The notes beneath the pieces were generated by a model. It worked only from the letters and a program-made list of their open reading frames with translations, ran no database searches and was not told where the DNA came from. Positions 35,521 to 49,658 of a DNA stretch of 64,000 nt are shown here, piece by piece. Made by a program: the position numbers and the translations under genes. Source of the DNA: Glaucostegus cemiculus (Eukaryota); the NCBI GenBank assembly GCA_976551045.1, contig CDPCPM010000020.1:2418001-2482000 (forward strand). The letters are read 5' to 3'. How positions within the stretch are numbered: the first letter of the stretch is position 1; each line of letters opens with the position of its first letter.

Positions 35521-38459
35521 CTAGAAAACACATTCCCGTGTGAGTTACATGTTGTGCTGCTCAGTCATTATAAATGCTTTAACATTTGTGAAGTACACTT
35601 GTTAACCCAACATTTTTATAACTATTCTTTATTATTCTAGACTTCTCATAAGGCAAATATTGGTCACTTCAGGGCTTTTATTCTTTCCACCCTGCATTAC
35701 TATTTTCTCAAATTTGCTACACACTCTTTACATTCTTTAAATATATCAAGTGAACATCAGACACTACAATAACCTGTTGCCTCTCAATGTATTCCCCAAG
35801 CTGATGTAACTGTGAATGGGACTTTCCTCTTACGCAAAGAGCAGGGAGATGCAACTGAAGGGAGCCAGTAACCCTCAAGAAGACAAAATAAAATTCCATA
35901 TTCCAAAGCTGAACTTTAGATTTTCAAGATTCAAAGTAGGAAAGCACCAAGACCCTGGTACGCAATGTTGTCAGGCCTGAAAATCGTTGGAGAAGGCAGG
36001 TAAATCAGGAACTAAGTCACACCAGACTGCACATTAAAAGCCTCCACATTGTCGAATGAAGGATGGGGAAACTGGAAAGTGTTAGGAGCTCCCCAAACTG
36101 GATTTGTTAGTTTTAATTTGAATGTGAAATTCTGCTGTAAATTTTGTCTGAAGTGATTTATGAAGTGACAACAAGGTCCTGGCCAATTGGTTCCGAAATC
36201 TAATTTAATTTTCACATTTTAAAGGGAAGGTAGTCTGGTATATTAGCATATAAACATTTAACATAATTTATCTTCCTTCCATAATATCTGGCTTTCTTAT
36301 TTGAACAAAGACTTCGGCCAATTTAAAACTAAATGAATTAAGGCCCCCTGTAAAACAATAAATGAACTTACTCATAAAAATAACATCGATCAGAACTTCA
36401 GGCAAATGCATTAGGTGCTCATACCTAAATATTAGCAAGTACCATATTCCTGAACTGGCACTGTTGACAATGGAATCATGAATCTTGGGATCCTGCCAAT
36501 TAAAAATGAGTGGGCTGTTAAAAACGGCATTACATAGACTCCAAGTCACCAACTGCTAAACACATAGGAGTTCTAAACCCTTCAATTATGGATATTTTTA
36601 TGCAAACAGCGCTCCAGCTCCCTCACCATCAGACATCAGATGTGCTCGCAGGCTGGAAAAGAGAATCCATACTAGAGTAAAGCTCCTCTGGGTACAGAGT
36701 AAATAGTGTTCAATTAGTCAGTGCAGGAAACTAAGTGTTTGAGGGGCAAACCACAATCTAGGATCTTGCTGCTATTGGATACTAAGGGGCTAGGCCCTGT
36801 ATAACAGTCTCTCAAACTTACGGAATATTTAAGGTTGGAGCAGTAGTGATGTTGTCATACTGTAAGTGAATGTATTGAATTGCTTGGTGCATTGAACGAG
36901 GATAACACAAGAACACAAAAAAGTAGTAGGAGGAGGAGAAGACCACAGGCCCCACAATCTGCCAGCCACACCATTCAGTAGGATTGTGGCTAATCTGCCC
37001 CATGCCTCAACTTCTCTTCTGTGCCATAAGCCCTCAATTCCTTAATGTTTCATAAATTCATAGACTCTTTTAGCACAGAGAATGAGGATGGTTAAATCAT
37101 ATGAGGAAGAAGCAAGAGACTGGAATTAAGTGGTGGCTGGTGTAGAGAAAAATGTGGAACTGAATTTGATGGGCTGAATGACCTGTAGCATCCAATGCTC
37201 CTAAAGTAATAACATTATTGTATGGAACTTACCTGAAAATAATAGTTTCACGGTTATGGGCTATACTCGACCAGTTTTACAAAGCTAATTCTGCATATGA
37301 CAGCAGATCACTTCAGATGTCTGAAGCTCCAACAAACATTTCTATGCTCTCCATAGGCCATCAAAAAATTCTACAGGAAATGATTTCCTCACAATCACAT
37401 CATCACCAATGAAGAGGACACTTAAAATAACCATCTAAAACAAAACCCTTCAGTCTCAGCCAGGATTATGCCAATTTGTTCAGACTATTTTGTAAAAGCC
37501 GTCATAATGTTGACACATTCATACGACCACATACGAAAGCAAGACGTCCTGGTGTTTTTGTCAGTATAGCTCACTCAGATAGCACCATCAAATGCTAAAC
37601 TGGCCATTCATCTAATTGTACTTTGGGGATGATGCTGGTGCAGGAATGGATCATGTATTGCCAAAATTAACAGTCACTCCCAAAGAAGTCATTCTTTGGG
37701 TAAAACACTTGGCGAGATTTCAGAGTGATAAGACATTACATAAAAGCAGATCATAAAAGTTTCATCTCTGCTAACGCACTGCACTCTACATCAGCACCTC
37801 AATCTTTCCACAGCCACCTTCAATTTATCACACACGCTTCCCATTCATGACTTGCAACAAACTGGGAGCGGACCTCCTCCATTTGCTACAATTAATGAAA
37901 GTGTGCACAGAGGAACAGAGCAATCTTCCTGACTTTTTAAATCATCCCACTTTCTTTGTTGGTCAAATTAAGAACTGAGGAAAAGACTTCTCTGAGTTAC
38001 TTTAAAAAAAATTATGATTGCAAGAATTTAAGAACGTGCAAAATACCATTTGCAGTAAATGTTAAATATGTTTGGATAGAAAACGGCAGGAAGATGAGTA
38101 ATGTGTTGATTACCTTTGGGAAGATAACATTCTTGAGTTTTAATAAACCTCTTCTGCAGAAAATAGCCCAAGCCCTGGACAGGCACAGTTGTAGAAACTT
38201 AGTGCTCGCAATTTAAGTCCAGGAGGCTTTCCCAACCTCAGGCAAAAGGGGCAAGGTGCAGAGGGGTGGCTACATTTCTTCTTGGCCACTAAACCAGGTT
38301 AAGATTAAGTATTATCCTCACTGCAGGACAAGTGGAAATGGATAGAAACTGGTAAAAGGAAAACATCTGTCTGCTCTTATGAAGATCTCCTTTTAATCAA
38401 TGCCTGGGACAGTTTTCTGGTCAGTTAGTGGGGACACAAACTACGCAGCAGGAACAGTT

Positions 38460-38665
38460 AGCTACCTTTCCATCTCCACCAACCATTGCCCTCCTCACAG
38501 CACCTTCCATTCAACTGAGGGGATGCAACACCTCTCCTTTCATTTCTTCCCTTCCATCATCTAGGGACCCAAATAGTCCTTCCAGGTGAAGCAGTGATTC
38601 ACTTGTAATTCCATTAATCTAATGTGTATTGCATTCAGTACTCATGATGCAGTCTTCTCTACATC
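38460..38665 (+). mobile_element. Penelope GIY-YIG endonuclease remnant
   Basis: ttccaggtgaagcagtgattcacttgt...aatctaatgtgtattgcattc...gatgcagtcttctctacatc resembles FQVKQxFTC..xNLxYCIxCxxCxLLYI. Confidence 0.6.
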
Positions 38666-38877
38666 TTGGTTGACAGAAATCTGGTTGAAAATTCTGTCTA
38701 GTACCTCAGGGTCCAGAAAACTGGCTTCCACTGAGTTTTGTTGGTTCTGAGGTGCATGGGATCTGGAAACTCAGCCATAGGTGGGGCTGGGGGTACCTGA
38801 TGGAATGGCTGGGTAGGTGGTTTTGGAGGTGCTGTACTACTTCTGCCATTTTTCGCTGGGCTTCTCATTTCCTTTTA

Positions 38878-39183
38878 TGACATAGAAGGAGGTCATTTGG
38901 TTCTATGCTGATTCTCAGAGCAATCCCATCAGTCCCATTCCCCCACATTGCCCTGTAAACTATTCTCTCTCACATGTCTATCAAATGCCCCTTAATTTTC
39001 CAGCCACACAACTACAATGAGAGCAATTTACAGCAGCCAATGAACCCATTGACCCACATGTCTTTGGGAAGTAGGAAGAAACCAGAGCACCCAGGGGAAA
39101 GCCATGTGTTCACAGGGAGAATATGCAAACTCCACACAGACAGCACCTGAGGTCAGGATTGAACCTGGTGTACCGTGTCACCC
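38878..39183 (-). mobile_element. V-SINE (HE1-like)
   Basis: Antisense V-domain ggaagaaaccagagcacccaggggaaa...cacagggagaatatgcaaactccacacagacagc, plus B-box remnant ggattgaacc. Confidence 0.8.
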
Positions 39184-39989
39184 AATTGACATTTCATGTT
39201 TCCAACAGAACTAGCGTTCTCAGTACCATCCCAGATATCCCTTCCCCCCCCCTATTCTGAGGGATCATGGGCCAATAATCCTCACAAATAATTCTCACAA
39301 ACAACTATCATGGGTGATGGAAAACAACAGAAAAAAATTGTCTCATGTTTCCTTATATAACTGAAAGACCTCAACCCTGAAACTTGATCACTTATTGATT
39401 GCTTCTGTATCTTTACCAGAAATGTACTTAGGAAGGGGAAGGCAAAAGGATTGGGCAAGGATTAACTGTACTCCATCTAGTCAATTAAAAACTATGTTAT
39501 CTCCTGAATAGATTTGGTTGCATCAGTATCTCCTGCTTCGATCAATCCTCCAGCTGTTGTTTTTTACCTTTACCTCTATCCAAAGCCATTCCTGTCTGCC
39601 AATATGTCAACACTGTCCGGGAGACAGCAAAATAAATACATCTGCAAATTGCAAAACCTTGGCCTATTAAAGGGCGAGACAGGGGCAGAGAGTGCACAGG
39701 TTCATAGATTCTTTTGAAGAGTGTTTTTCATCTATATGCAGTTTGCACCTTGCATGTGTTGACAGAAGATATTAGGGAACCTCGGTGCAGTTGGGTCTAG
39801 TGTGTTTTAATTAGGAACATTGGTTTTGTATATCTCATCCAAACCTAAGGGACGGTGTGGTGGGGGGGGGGGTGGGGGGCAGTGTATGATATGTCCCCAT
39901 GTGTAAAATAAGAAAATTAGAAGAGCTGAGGTCCATCCTCCCTGGTCAATTTTCTCAGGCTCCCCACCTGTCTGAAGGAGAATCTGAAA

Positions 39990-41968
39990 TTATTCTCTAA
40001 CTACATCAGGAGCAAGAAGGTAACTAGGGAAAGAGTGGTTCCCTTTTGGGATCAAAGGGATAATCTATGTGGGTGATACCCTCAATGAATATTCCTCATC
40101 TGTATTCACTAACGAGAAGGAAGTGGAGGGTATTTGGTCAGTATTAACGTCAGACCATGTCAGTATTAATAAGGTGGAGGTGCTAAATGCCTTGCAACAC
40201 ATGTGGGAGGATAAAACCCCAGGACTGGATGAGATCTAGCCAAGAAAAATGGAAAACGAGGGAGGAGATAGGTGGGGCTGAGACTTTTTGCATCTTCATT
40301 TGCCACAAGTGAGGTACCAGAAGCCTGGAGGATAGCTAATATTGTTCCTTTACTTAAGAAGGGCAACAGGGATAAGCCAGGTAACTACAGGCCAGTGACC
40401 CTTATGTCAGTGGTAGGGAAATTATTGGAGAAAATTCTAAGGGTCAGAATGTATGTATGTTTGGAAAGGCAGGGACTGATTAGGGATAGTCAGCATAGCT
40501 TTGTGTGGGGGAAATTTTATGTCATTAATTGAATTTTTTGAGGAGGTAACAAAGGAGATGGATGAAAGCAGTGCGGGAGATGTTGTCCATATGGACTTTA
40601 TTAAGGATTTGACAAGATTCCACATAGTAGGCTGGTCCGGACGGTAAAGGGACATGGGATCCAAAGTGAGTTGGTTAATTGGATCCAAAATTGGCTTGGT
40701 GACAGGAAGCAGAAGGTAATGGTGGAAGGATCTTTTTCTGATTGTCAGTCTGTGACTAGTGGTGTACCCCAGGATCGGTGCTGGGACCTTTGCTATTTGT
40801 GATATATATTATCAACTTGGACGTGAGTCTAGGAAGTATAGAATCATAGAAACAACGGCACAGAAGGAGGCCCTTTCAGCCCACTGCATCCATGCCGACC
40901 GTGATACCAATCTATGGTAATCCCATTTGTTCACATTCGGCCCGTGTCCCTCGATGCTTTTCCTATCCAAGTACCTGTCTAAACACCCTTTAAACATCGT
41001 AATTGTTTATGCCTCCACCCCCCATCTCTGGCAGCTCGTTCCAGATATTCACCACCTTTCAGATATTCACCACATGATTTGATAATTTGTGGATTACATG
41101 AAAGTTGGTGATATTGGGAATAGTGAGGAAGATTGTCCAAGGCAACAGCAGGACATAGGTCAATTGGAAAGTTGGGTGGAGCATGGGCAGATAGAATTTA
41201 ATCCTGACAAGTGCGAGGTGATGCATTTTGGGAGGTCAAATAGGGTTCGGGCATGTACAGTAAATTGTAGGGCGCCAAGGAATGTTGTTAAACAGAGATA
41301 CCTTGTGATCCAAGTCTATAGTTTCCTGAAAGTGGCAACACAGGTCGATAGGCTTGTGAAGAACGCCTGTCTTCATAGGTCAGGGCATAGAATATAAGAA
41401 TTGGGACATTTTGTTGCAACTTTACAAAACATTGGTTTGGCTGTATTGTGTGTAGTTCCAGTCACCACACTATAGGAAGGACATCATTGCACTGAAGAGA
41501 GTGTAGAGGATATTCATTAATGTGTTGCCTGGATTGGAATTTAGTTATAGGGGGAGATTGGATAGGCTGGGCTTGCTCTCCCTGGAGTGAAGGAAGCTGA
41601 GAGGTGATCTGAGGGAAGTATATAAGGTTATGAGAGCCATAGATATTCAGAATCTTTCTCCCATGGTAGGGGTATCAAAAACAAGAGGGCAGAGGTTTAA
41701 GGTGAGACAAGTGAGTTTTAGCAGGGTTCTGAGGGGTAAGTTCTTTACACAGGGAATGGTTGATATCTGGAATGATCTCCAGAGGAGGTGGTGGAATCAG
41801 ATACAGTCACCACGTTCAGGAGGCATTTGGAAAGACACAGATAGGCAAGATGTAGAAGAACATGGTCATAATGTGGGCAAATGGCATCAGTGTAGATAGG
41901 CATCAAGGTTGGTATGGATATGGTGGGTGAAAGGGCCCATTCTGTGCTGTACAACTCTATGATTCTAT
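39990..41968 (+). mobile_element. Decayed CR1 ORF2 and 3'UTR with a minus-strand CR1 3' end inserted at ~40838-41073
   Basis: ORF 40272-40532 (VPEAWRIANIVPLLKKG..PGNYRPV), 41089-41397 (FNPDKCEVMHFG), 41630-41899; tail ctgtgctgtacaactctatgattctatt. Confidence 0.9.
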
Positions 41969-43486
41969 TAAAGTCAACCAGGGTCTCCAGAATTAGAAAT
42001 GAATAGGGTATTAAAAATGTGTTTCATTTTCACTTTCTGTGCACACTTTTATTTATTATTTATTAAAATGTCAAAGCCCAAAAAACAGGAAACACAATGT
42101 CCCGTTCATGAGTTGATTGTACAACACCCAGGATCTCTCAGTGGGTCATTTTCTGTGTCTGTGGGAGAGTGCATAGTCTCCATTCCACCCCCACGTTAGC
42201 ACACTTCCCTCGAGTTTAGGAACTGAGTAGTGAGGTCTGTGAGTGTGAGCTTTTATTCTATTTCTCAACAGCAAGAGCACATTGGGGAACAATGCGTCAA
42301 CTGTTTTCACTATTGAATCAGAAAGACTAGCTGGACAGGCAAATTTGGTAAATTAACAGACAGATCCGATATATTTCAAAGCAAGTCCAGAGGTAAGATC
42401 ATTACTTTGAATGTCTAGCCAGATTAGATTAAATTAAATTAACATCTGTTTTTCAGTACCTAATGCAGGTTTACAGATTTCACTTGATAATACAAATGAC
42501 GTCAAGATTTAATCAATAAAATAATCACTTTTGTTTATCAATGGATCCTGGAGAAACCCAATTTTCATTAAAATGTGCTTGTAGATCAAACATTGGCACT
42601 GGTCAAATCAAATCACATCACATTCCAGAACTTGCGTGCAACGTAATTGCTGCAAAAATGATGTGTGGCTTTCTCTGGCTCTTTTCTTTTCCTCTCACCT
42701 CACCCCCACCCCCAACCATCTTCCTTTCCCTAAAAATAAAGGCTTGCCAAACAATTTTCATGAAACCAATGACTTTCCAAAAAAAATAGATGTTAAGATC
42801 ACAAAAATTTTGAGGCCTTAATATCATACAGTAGCAAAATGTTTATTACGCCTCTGTTAAAAAGTGGAGGAGAGGTGGGAGGTGGAGGGCAACATTTAGC
42901 TCAACCTCAAGATATTATAGTTCAAGTAAAATTAAATCATCCATAGTATCACTTGTGGAATACAGCATTAAGGTTTAAATCTCAACTTAAAATAGAGATA
43001 TATAAAAATAGAAAGATCTTAAGATATAGCACATTTATTTAAGAAAATATGTTAATATTTAACAGACTTAGCTACAAAATTAAAAGTATTGCACTTAATC
43101 ACACTTTCTTTTCTCCCCTTGCTCCCTGTGCCCTAATATTGTCGCACCTTGTGACAGGCAATCTTGTACTTTTGCACTTCCCCTTCAGTCCTCCAAGCAC
43201 TAGGTAGTACTGTTACCATTCCAAACTTGTCTCCCAGCTCTCCACCTGCTCAGTAGAAGCTATAACATTTTAAAAGTTTAGACATTTTCAAAGATGGAGC
43301 TATTGAGCAAGTTTTCTTTTAAAATCACTCCTTGCTGGATTCCAAATGCTTCTATCTCAGTGATCTCTCACTCTTTGACTGATCACACTGTCCACTCCGT
43401 CATTTCTGCTGATCTACCCAATAAACCTGCCCTTAAGTATCAGTGACTGGATGTGCGACCTTTTACCCTCATAAATTAATCTTCGT

Positions 43487-43588
43487 AATAAGATCTTTAT
43501 TAGTCACATGTACATCAAAACATACAGTGAAATGCATCTTATGTGTAGAGTGTTCTGGGGGCAGCCCGCAAGTGTCGCCACCCTTCCT
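43487..43588 (-). mobile_element. Short 5'-truncated SINE/LINE 3' end
   Basis: taataagatctttattagtcacatgtacatc... gives antisense AATAAA plus a short (TTA)-type tail; local CpG retention. Confidence 0.45.
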
Positions 43589-44039
43589 AGTCACTCAACA
43601 ATGATCACCCTCCTCACTCCTGCTTCTCATTGTATTTCATCTTCACCACCAGTGCAAAGTAGGCCTTTTTGAAGCACAGGATTGCTCTTAGGTCCATAGT
43701 GTTGGTTATCCCGAATAGTAAAGGTAAGGCACCAAAAGAAAATCAAGAGTAAGGCGATAGGGAGCAGAGCCACAGTATTATAATGACAAATCAGATGGGG
43801 TAATAAAAACAGAGTAAGATCAATTGTAATAGAAGTACTTGGGGTAATCTTGGAAGTCGTAGGCATTGACACATGTCTGATAAGTGAGAGTGGTATAGAA
43901 ATGATGAGTGACACAATGGTATACGTTATGGCACTACACCATACTAGAATGGACGGTGCCAAGCATGGGTAATAGCACTACATCACAACATAATGGATGG
44001 CATTATGGCGCAAGTAATGATGCAGTTGACAATTGATAG

Positions 44040-44861
44040 TGTTACGAAGTAGCTTACTATTGGCAAATATCCCTTTAAGATGGGACATTGTGTGTGTGTG
44101 CAACGTATTACGTCAACAGAAGATAAGACTAACGTGATGAGGTCATTACACGAAAGAGAAAAAAAAGAGAGAGAGAGAGACAAACAGACGGAGAGAGAGA
44201 AGAAGGAGAGACGACAGCCTGTTTTGTTTCTGTCGATGGATGAAGGACAGTAACTGTGTTTGTCACTACAATCCACAGATGGATTTCTGGAGTAGTCCAG
44301 TGGAGTTCACTTTGTCGGTAACCTGTAGAAGGACACAGGTGTTTGCGTGGACAACCACATTTTGGATGCTCTTCAGAGTGGCAGATATTGTGGAACAAAG
44401 TGACAGAATTCACTTTGCTGTTAACCTGTAGAAGAACGCAGGTATTTGCATGGACAGTCACGATCCAGGAGTTTTCGGGGTGAGAAAGTCACTACCGAGT
44501 AAGCCCTGAAGTGTCGTTTGAATTTTGAGTGGAACATTCGGATTTCGTGATTCCTCTCTAATCTCTCTCTATATCTATGTTTTGTCTTCGGTGGACAGTG
44601 CTTGTGGAGAAGCCTTTATTTGTGTTTCATCTTACGGTTTACTGAACTGAACTTTAAGAACTAATTCCTGGACTTGGAGTTTAGGAATTTGCCACCCACA
44701 CACGATGAGTAGTTTTTGGGGTTATAGTTTAAGATTCTAATATTTTGTTTTGTACTAATATACTAACTTTTTGTTCTTATTTTACATATTATCGGAAGTA
44801 GTTATTAATAAAGTAGTTTTAACACTGAAGTACGACTTGTTTTGTTGCTGGTTTCGTAACA
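44040..44861 (+). repeat. 5' LTR (822 bp)
   Basis: Direct repeat of 49050-50781 minus its insertion; 9-bp inverted termini; AATAAA near 44807. Confidence 0.97.
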
Positions 44862-44866
44862 AAAAT

Positions 44867-44884
44867 TGGGGGCTCGTCCAGGAT
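44867..44884 (+). promoter_or_regulatory. Primer-binding site, tRNA-Pro
   Basis: TGGGGGCTCGTCCAGGAT, 17/18 match to the canonical tRNA-Pro PBS TGGGGGCTCGTCCGGGAT, 5 nt after the LTR. Confidence 0.92.
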
Positions 44885-45044
44885 CTTCCCAAGATTAATG
44901 AGTGTCGTTCTGGGATCCAGTCCAAAGATTGACTAGGGTGGTTTGCAGTCAAACTTAAGACTGGTACTGGAGGTCTGAGTTTGAACACATTGGGGTTGGT
45001 CTAATAAATTCTCTTAATTGGCGTGTGTGTGGAAACCAGTAACA

Positions 45045-48000
45045 ATGGATGCGTTTATGAAAAAACCCACCCCAAGTGGATTGCAGAGAATGAAGGAGTC
45101 TGATTTATTAAATCTTGCTGCAGAGCTAAAACTTGAGACAGTAACAAAATCTATGAGAAAAGCAGATATCCAGAGAATAATAGCTGGTTATTATGTGGAG
45201 ATGCAAGTGTTTGACTAGGGAGTAGTAAAACAATTTCCTGGCAGTGAACAAATGATTTCTGATGCTCAAGTTCAGCTAGCCAAGATACAAGCTGAACAAA
45301 GAAAGATAGGTGCTGAGTTAGAAAGGGACCGATTGAAATTTGAGGCTGAAGCAGAGCAAAGGAAACTAGAACCTGAACAGGAAAGGGAACGACTGAGATT
45401 TGAAGCTCAGGCAAAGGAGGTTGGAATTAAAGAGGATGGAGCTGGAAAGTAAGGAAAGGGAGAAACAAAGGAAATATGATTTAAGACTGAAGAGACAGAG
45501 TTCGGAACCTGATTCTGATGATGAGTTTTCAGCCAGTAGGGAGGTTAGATTAGTCCCTCCTTTTGATGAAGATCAGGTTGAACAGTATTTCCAACATTTT
45601 GAAAAGGTTGCTACGGGTCTAAATTGGCCAAAGAGGAGATGGGCTCTTATGTTACAGAGTGTAATTAAAGGCAAAGCTCAAAAAGCTTATTCTGCTTTGT
45701 CTGTGGAGGAGGCAGCTGATTATGAAAAGGTAAAACAAGCAATCTTGAAAGTCTATGAGTTGGTACCGGAAGCATACAGACAAAAGTTTAGAGATTTGAA
45801 GAAAACTTCAGATCAAACATACATGGAGTTTGCCAATGGAAAGAGAACATGTTTTGAAAGGTGGTGTATGGCGAAAGATGTAGTTGATGATTATAAGAAA
45901 TTGGCAGAATTAGTTTTAATGGAAGACTTTAAAAGATGTGTACCAGCTGAAATAGCTGCATACCTAAATGAAAAGAATGTGGACACTTTACAAGAAACTG
46001 CTAGGTTGGCAGATGATTATGCTTTAACCCATAAATTCAAATGGGGACAAACTAAAACCTTTCAAAAGAGTTACAGAGACAATCCAGGTAAACCAGAGAT
46101 TAAATTGGGAGATAATCCGAAAGGGAAGGATGACAAGAAGCCAGTGCTGGAGAAATCTGTTGAGCGTCTTTGTTATTACGGTAAGAAGCCTGGTCATATG
46201 AAATTTGACAGTTCTGTTTTGAAGAAAAAGCAAGAAAAGGGAGCTGTGCCAACTGCTTGTTGTCAAGTTATTAAACCCGAAAATAAAAGAGGTGTTGGGG
46301 AGGTTGTGAAAGATCAGTCCTTGCCAGAGGCGAAGACTGAAAAGTTGGATGAGGTGAGGGAGGAATTCCGTTCTTATGTATCAGAAGGTTTTGTTTCACT
46401 GAATGATGGGTCACCCCAGGTGCCAGTGAAAATCCTTAGAGATACTGGAGCTTCCCAATCTCTCTTGCTGGACAGTGTTTTAAATTTTGGTAAGGAAACT
46501 GAAACTGGTGAGGTAAATCTAGTGCGAGGTGTTACAGGTGATACTATGTTTGTCCTTTGCACAAGGTGATTTTAAAATCAAAGTTCATAGAAGGACCTGT
46601 TGAGATAGGGATACGACCAAGTTTACCAGTGGAGGGTGTTTCTTTGTTATTGGGAAATGACCTTGCAGGTGAAGAATTTGTTCCTGTGGTACAGTTAACA
46701 ACGAAACCAAGCTTTACTGAATCTGAGAATGAGGCAGACGTTTATCCATCTTGTGCAGTAACTCGAGCTAAAGCTAAAGAATTAGCTAAGGCCGAGAATT
46801 CTACACAGTCTGAAATTTTTCCCTGTGATAGTCCTAAACAAGAGGAAAATTATGATGATTTGTCTGACACTTTTCTGTCTTCACTGGAGGATCAAAGTTT
46901 TGGTAGTGGGCCTGAATACAAAGATTTGTCTTTGTCAAGGAAAGAATTTATGGTGGAACAGAATAAAGACCCTGAGCTCACTGAACTGAGGGAAAAAGCA
47001 CTCTCATGTGAGGAAATTGAAAAAGTGCCAGTTGGATATTATGTCAAAGATGGATTGTTAATGAGGAAATGGAGACCGCCTCATGTCCCTATGAATGAGG
47101 AGTGGGAAGTTATTCATCAGGTTGTAGTTCCTAAAGTTTATCGGGATGAGATTTTAAACCTGGCCCATAGCATGCCTTTAGGTGGTCATTTAGGGGTGAA
47201 TAAAACTGTGGGGAAGATTTTGAAACAATTCTATTGGCCTGGTTTGAGAAAGGATGTGGTGATGTTTTGTCGAACCTGTCATACATGTCAGATGGTAGGT
47301 AAACCAAATCAAAAACCCCCTGTGGCTCCTCTGAAACCCATTCCTGAGTTTGGTGAATGTTTTTTGAAGGTGATTTTGGATTGTGTTGGACCATTGCCAA
47401 AGTCTGAAGTTGGGAATCAGTGTGTGAGGAATGCCCCTGGGACATTTGTTGTTGACAATGAGGAAGGCCAATGTAGACCAGATATTGTTTCAGCAAGGCT
47501 AGAAAACCAAAATATCTTGGAGAACCTTGAGACAAAGTTGGACCATTTACAAGATTCACAGAAACAGCAGATGAAACAGTTACTTTTAAAATTTAAAAAT
47601 CTTTTTCCCAATGTGCCAAACAGAACATCAATAATTACCCATGATGTTGACGTTGGGGATGCAAAACCAATCAAACAACACCCATATCGAATGAATGTGG
47701 ATAAAAGTAAACTTGTTGATCAGGAAATTGAGTATATGTTAGAAAATGATATCATCAGACGTTCCAGTTCAAACTGGAGTTCGCCCTGTGTTATTGTGCC
47801 TAAACCTGATGGGACCATTAGATTTTGTACAGATTACAAAAAAGTGAATGCTGTGACAAAGTCGGATGCATACCCCATTCAAAGGGTGGATGATTGTATA
47901 GATAGAGTGGGGAAAGCCAAATTTCTTACAAAGATTGATTTACTAAAAGGGTACTGGTGTGTTCCATTAACAGAGAGAGGAAGGGAGATTTCTGCCTTTG

Positions 48001-48923
48001 CAACCCCTTCTGGATTGTATGAATACAATGTTTTGCCATTTGGAATGAAAAATGCCCCAGCAACATTTCAAAGAATGATTAATTCAGTGATTCATGGGTT
48101 AAAACATACAGATGCCTACATTGATGATCTAGTGACAGGGAATGATACATGGGAGGATCACATCATTGCATTAGAAAGGTTGTTTGAAAGACTTTCCAAA
48201 GCTAACCTTACAGTTAATTTGGCTAAAAGTGAATTTGGCCATGCCACTGTGACATATCTTGGTTATGTTGTAGGTCAAGGCAAGTTAGCACCTGTTCAGG
48301 CAAAAGTTCAAGCAATATCTGAATTCCCTGTTCCTACAGGTATCAGGACTGTTAGAAGATTTCTGGGAATGGTTGGATATTATCAGAAATTTTGTAAAAA
48401 TTTTGCTGATATTGCTCTTCCCTTAACTAATCTTCTGAAGAAGGGAGTGAAATTTGTTTGGACAGATTCTTGTCAAGAAGCATTTGAGAAGCTAAAAGCC
48501 ATTTTGTGTTACTATCCTGTGCTCAAGTCACCTGACTTTGAAAAGCCATTTTCATTAGCAGTAGATGCCAGTGATGAAGCTGCAGGAGCTGTGTTGTTGC
48601 AGAAGAGTGACCTTGATGATATTGACCATCCTGTAGCTTACTTTTCAAAAAAGTTTAATGAGCACCAGAAGAATTACTCTACCATAGAGAAAGAATTGCT
48701 TTCACTTATTTTAGCCTTACAACATTTCAATGTGTATGTTTGCACAACTCAGAAACCGCTGATTATATACACAGATCATAATCCGTTAGTGTTTCTGAGC
48801 CGAGTGAAAAACAAAAACAGACGGCTGTTAAACTGGAGCTTAATTCTGCAAGAGTTTGACCTCATGATAATTCACATTAAAGGCAAAGATAATGTGATTG
48901 CTGATTGCCTTTCTCGATGTTAA
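45045..48923 (+). pseudogene. gag-pol polyprotein (SCAN-related capsid, degenerate zinc knuckle, protease, truncated integrase, RT, RNase H)
   Basis: LVPPF..YFQHFEKVA..W, YELVPEAYRQKFR; CYYGKKPGHMKFDS; ILRDTGASQS; HSMPLGGHLG...CRTCHTC; RFCTDYKKVN, PFGMKNAPATFQ, YIDD; VDAS, TDH, ADCLSR. Lesions: TAG at 45216, frameshifts near 45410 and 46555, internal deletion near 47420. Confidence 0.95.
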
Positions 48924-49658
48924 ATGAAAGACCTATATCATTACTAATCTGATATACTGTTATTATGTAGGATGATAATTATTAACATCACTAACTATAT
49001 GCGCGGGTAATAATTTTTTTTTGAAAAAAAATTCTGTTTGTGTGGGAGGTGTTACGAAGTAGCTTACTATTGGCAAATATCCCTTTAAGATGGGACATTG
49101 TGTGTGTGTGCAACGTATTACGTCAACAGAAGATAAGACTAACGTGATGAGGTCATTACACGAAAGAGAAAAAAAAGAGAGAGAGAGAGACAAACAGACG
49201 GAGAGAGAGAAGAAGGAGAGACGACAGCCTGTTTTGTTTCTGTCGATGGATGAAGGACAGTAACTGTGTTTGTCACTACAATCCGTGGATGGATTTCTGG
49301 AGTAGTCCAGTGGAGTTCACTTTGTCGGTAACCTGTAGAAGGACACAGGTGTTTGCGTGGACAACCACATTTTGGATGCTCTTCAGAGTGGCAGATATTG
49401 TGGAACAAAGTGACAGAATTCACTTTGCTGTTAACCTGTAGAAGAACACAGGTATTTGCATGGACAGTCACGATCCAGGAGTTTTCGGGGTGAGAAAGTC
49501 ACTACCGAGTAAGCCCTGAAGTGTCATTTGAATTTTGAGTGGAACATTCAGACTCGTGATTCCTCTCTAATCTCTCTCTATATCTATGTTTTGTCTTCGG
49601 TGGACGGTGCTTGTGGAGAAGCCTTTATTCGTGTTTCATCTTACGGCTTACTGAACTG

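Noticed and set aside
43983-49471. Duplicated ORFs (e.g. MTVHANTC..., MKDSNCVC...)
   Set aside because: They recur only because they lie in the two LTRs.
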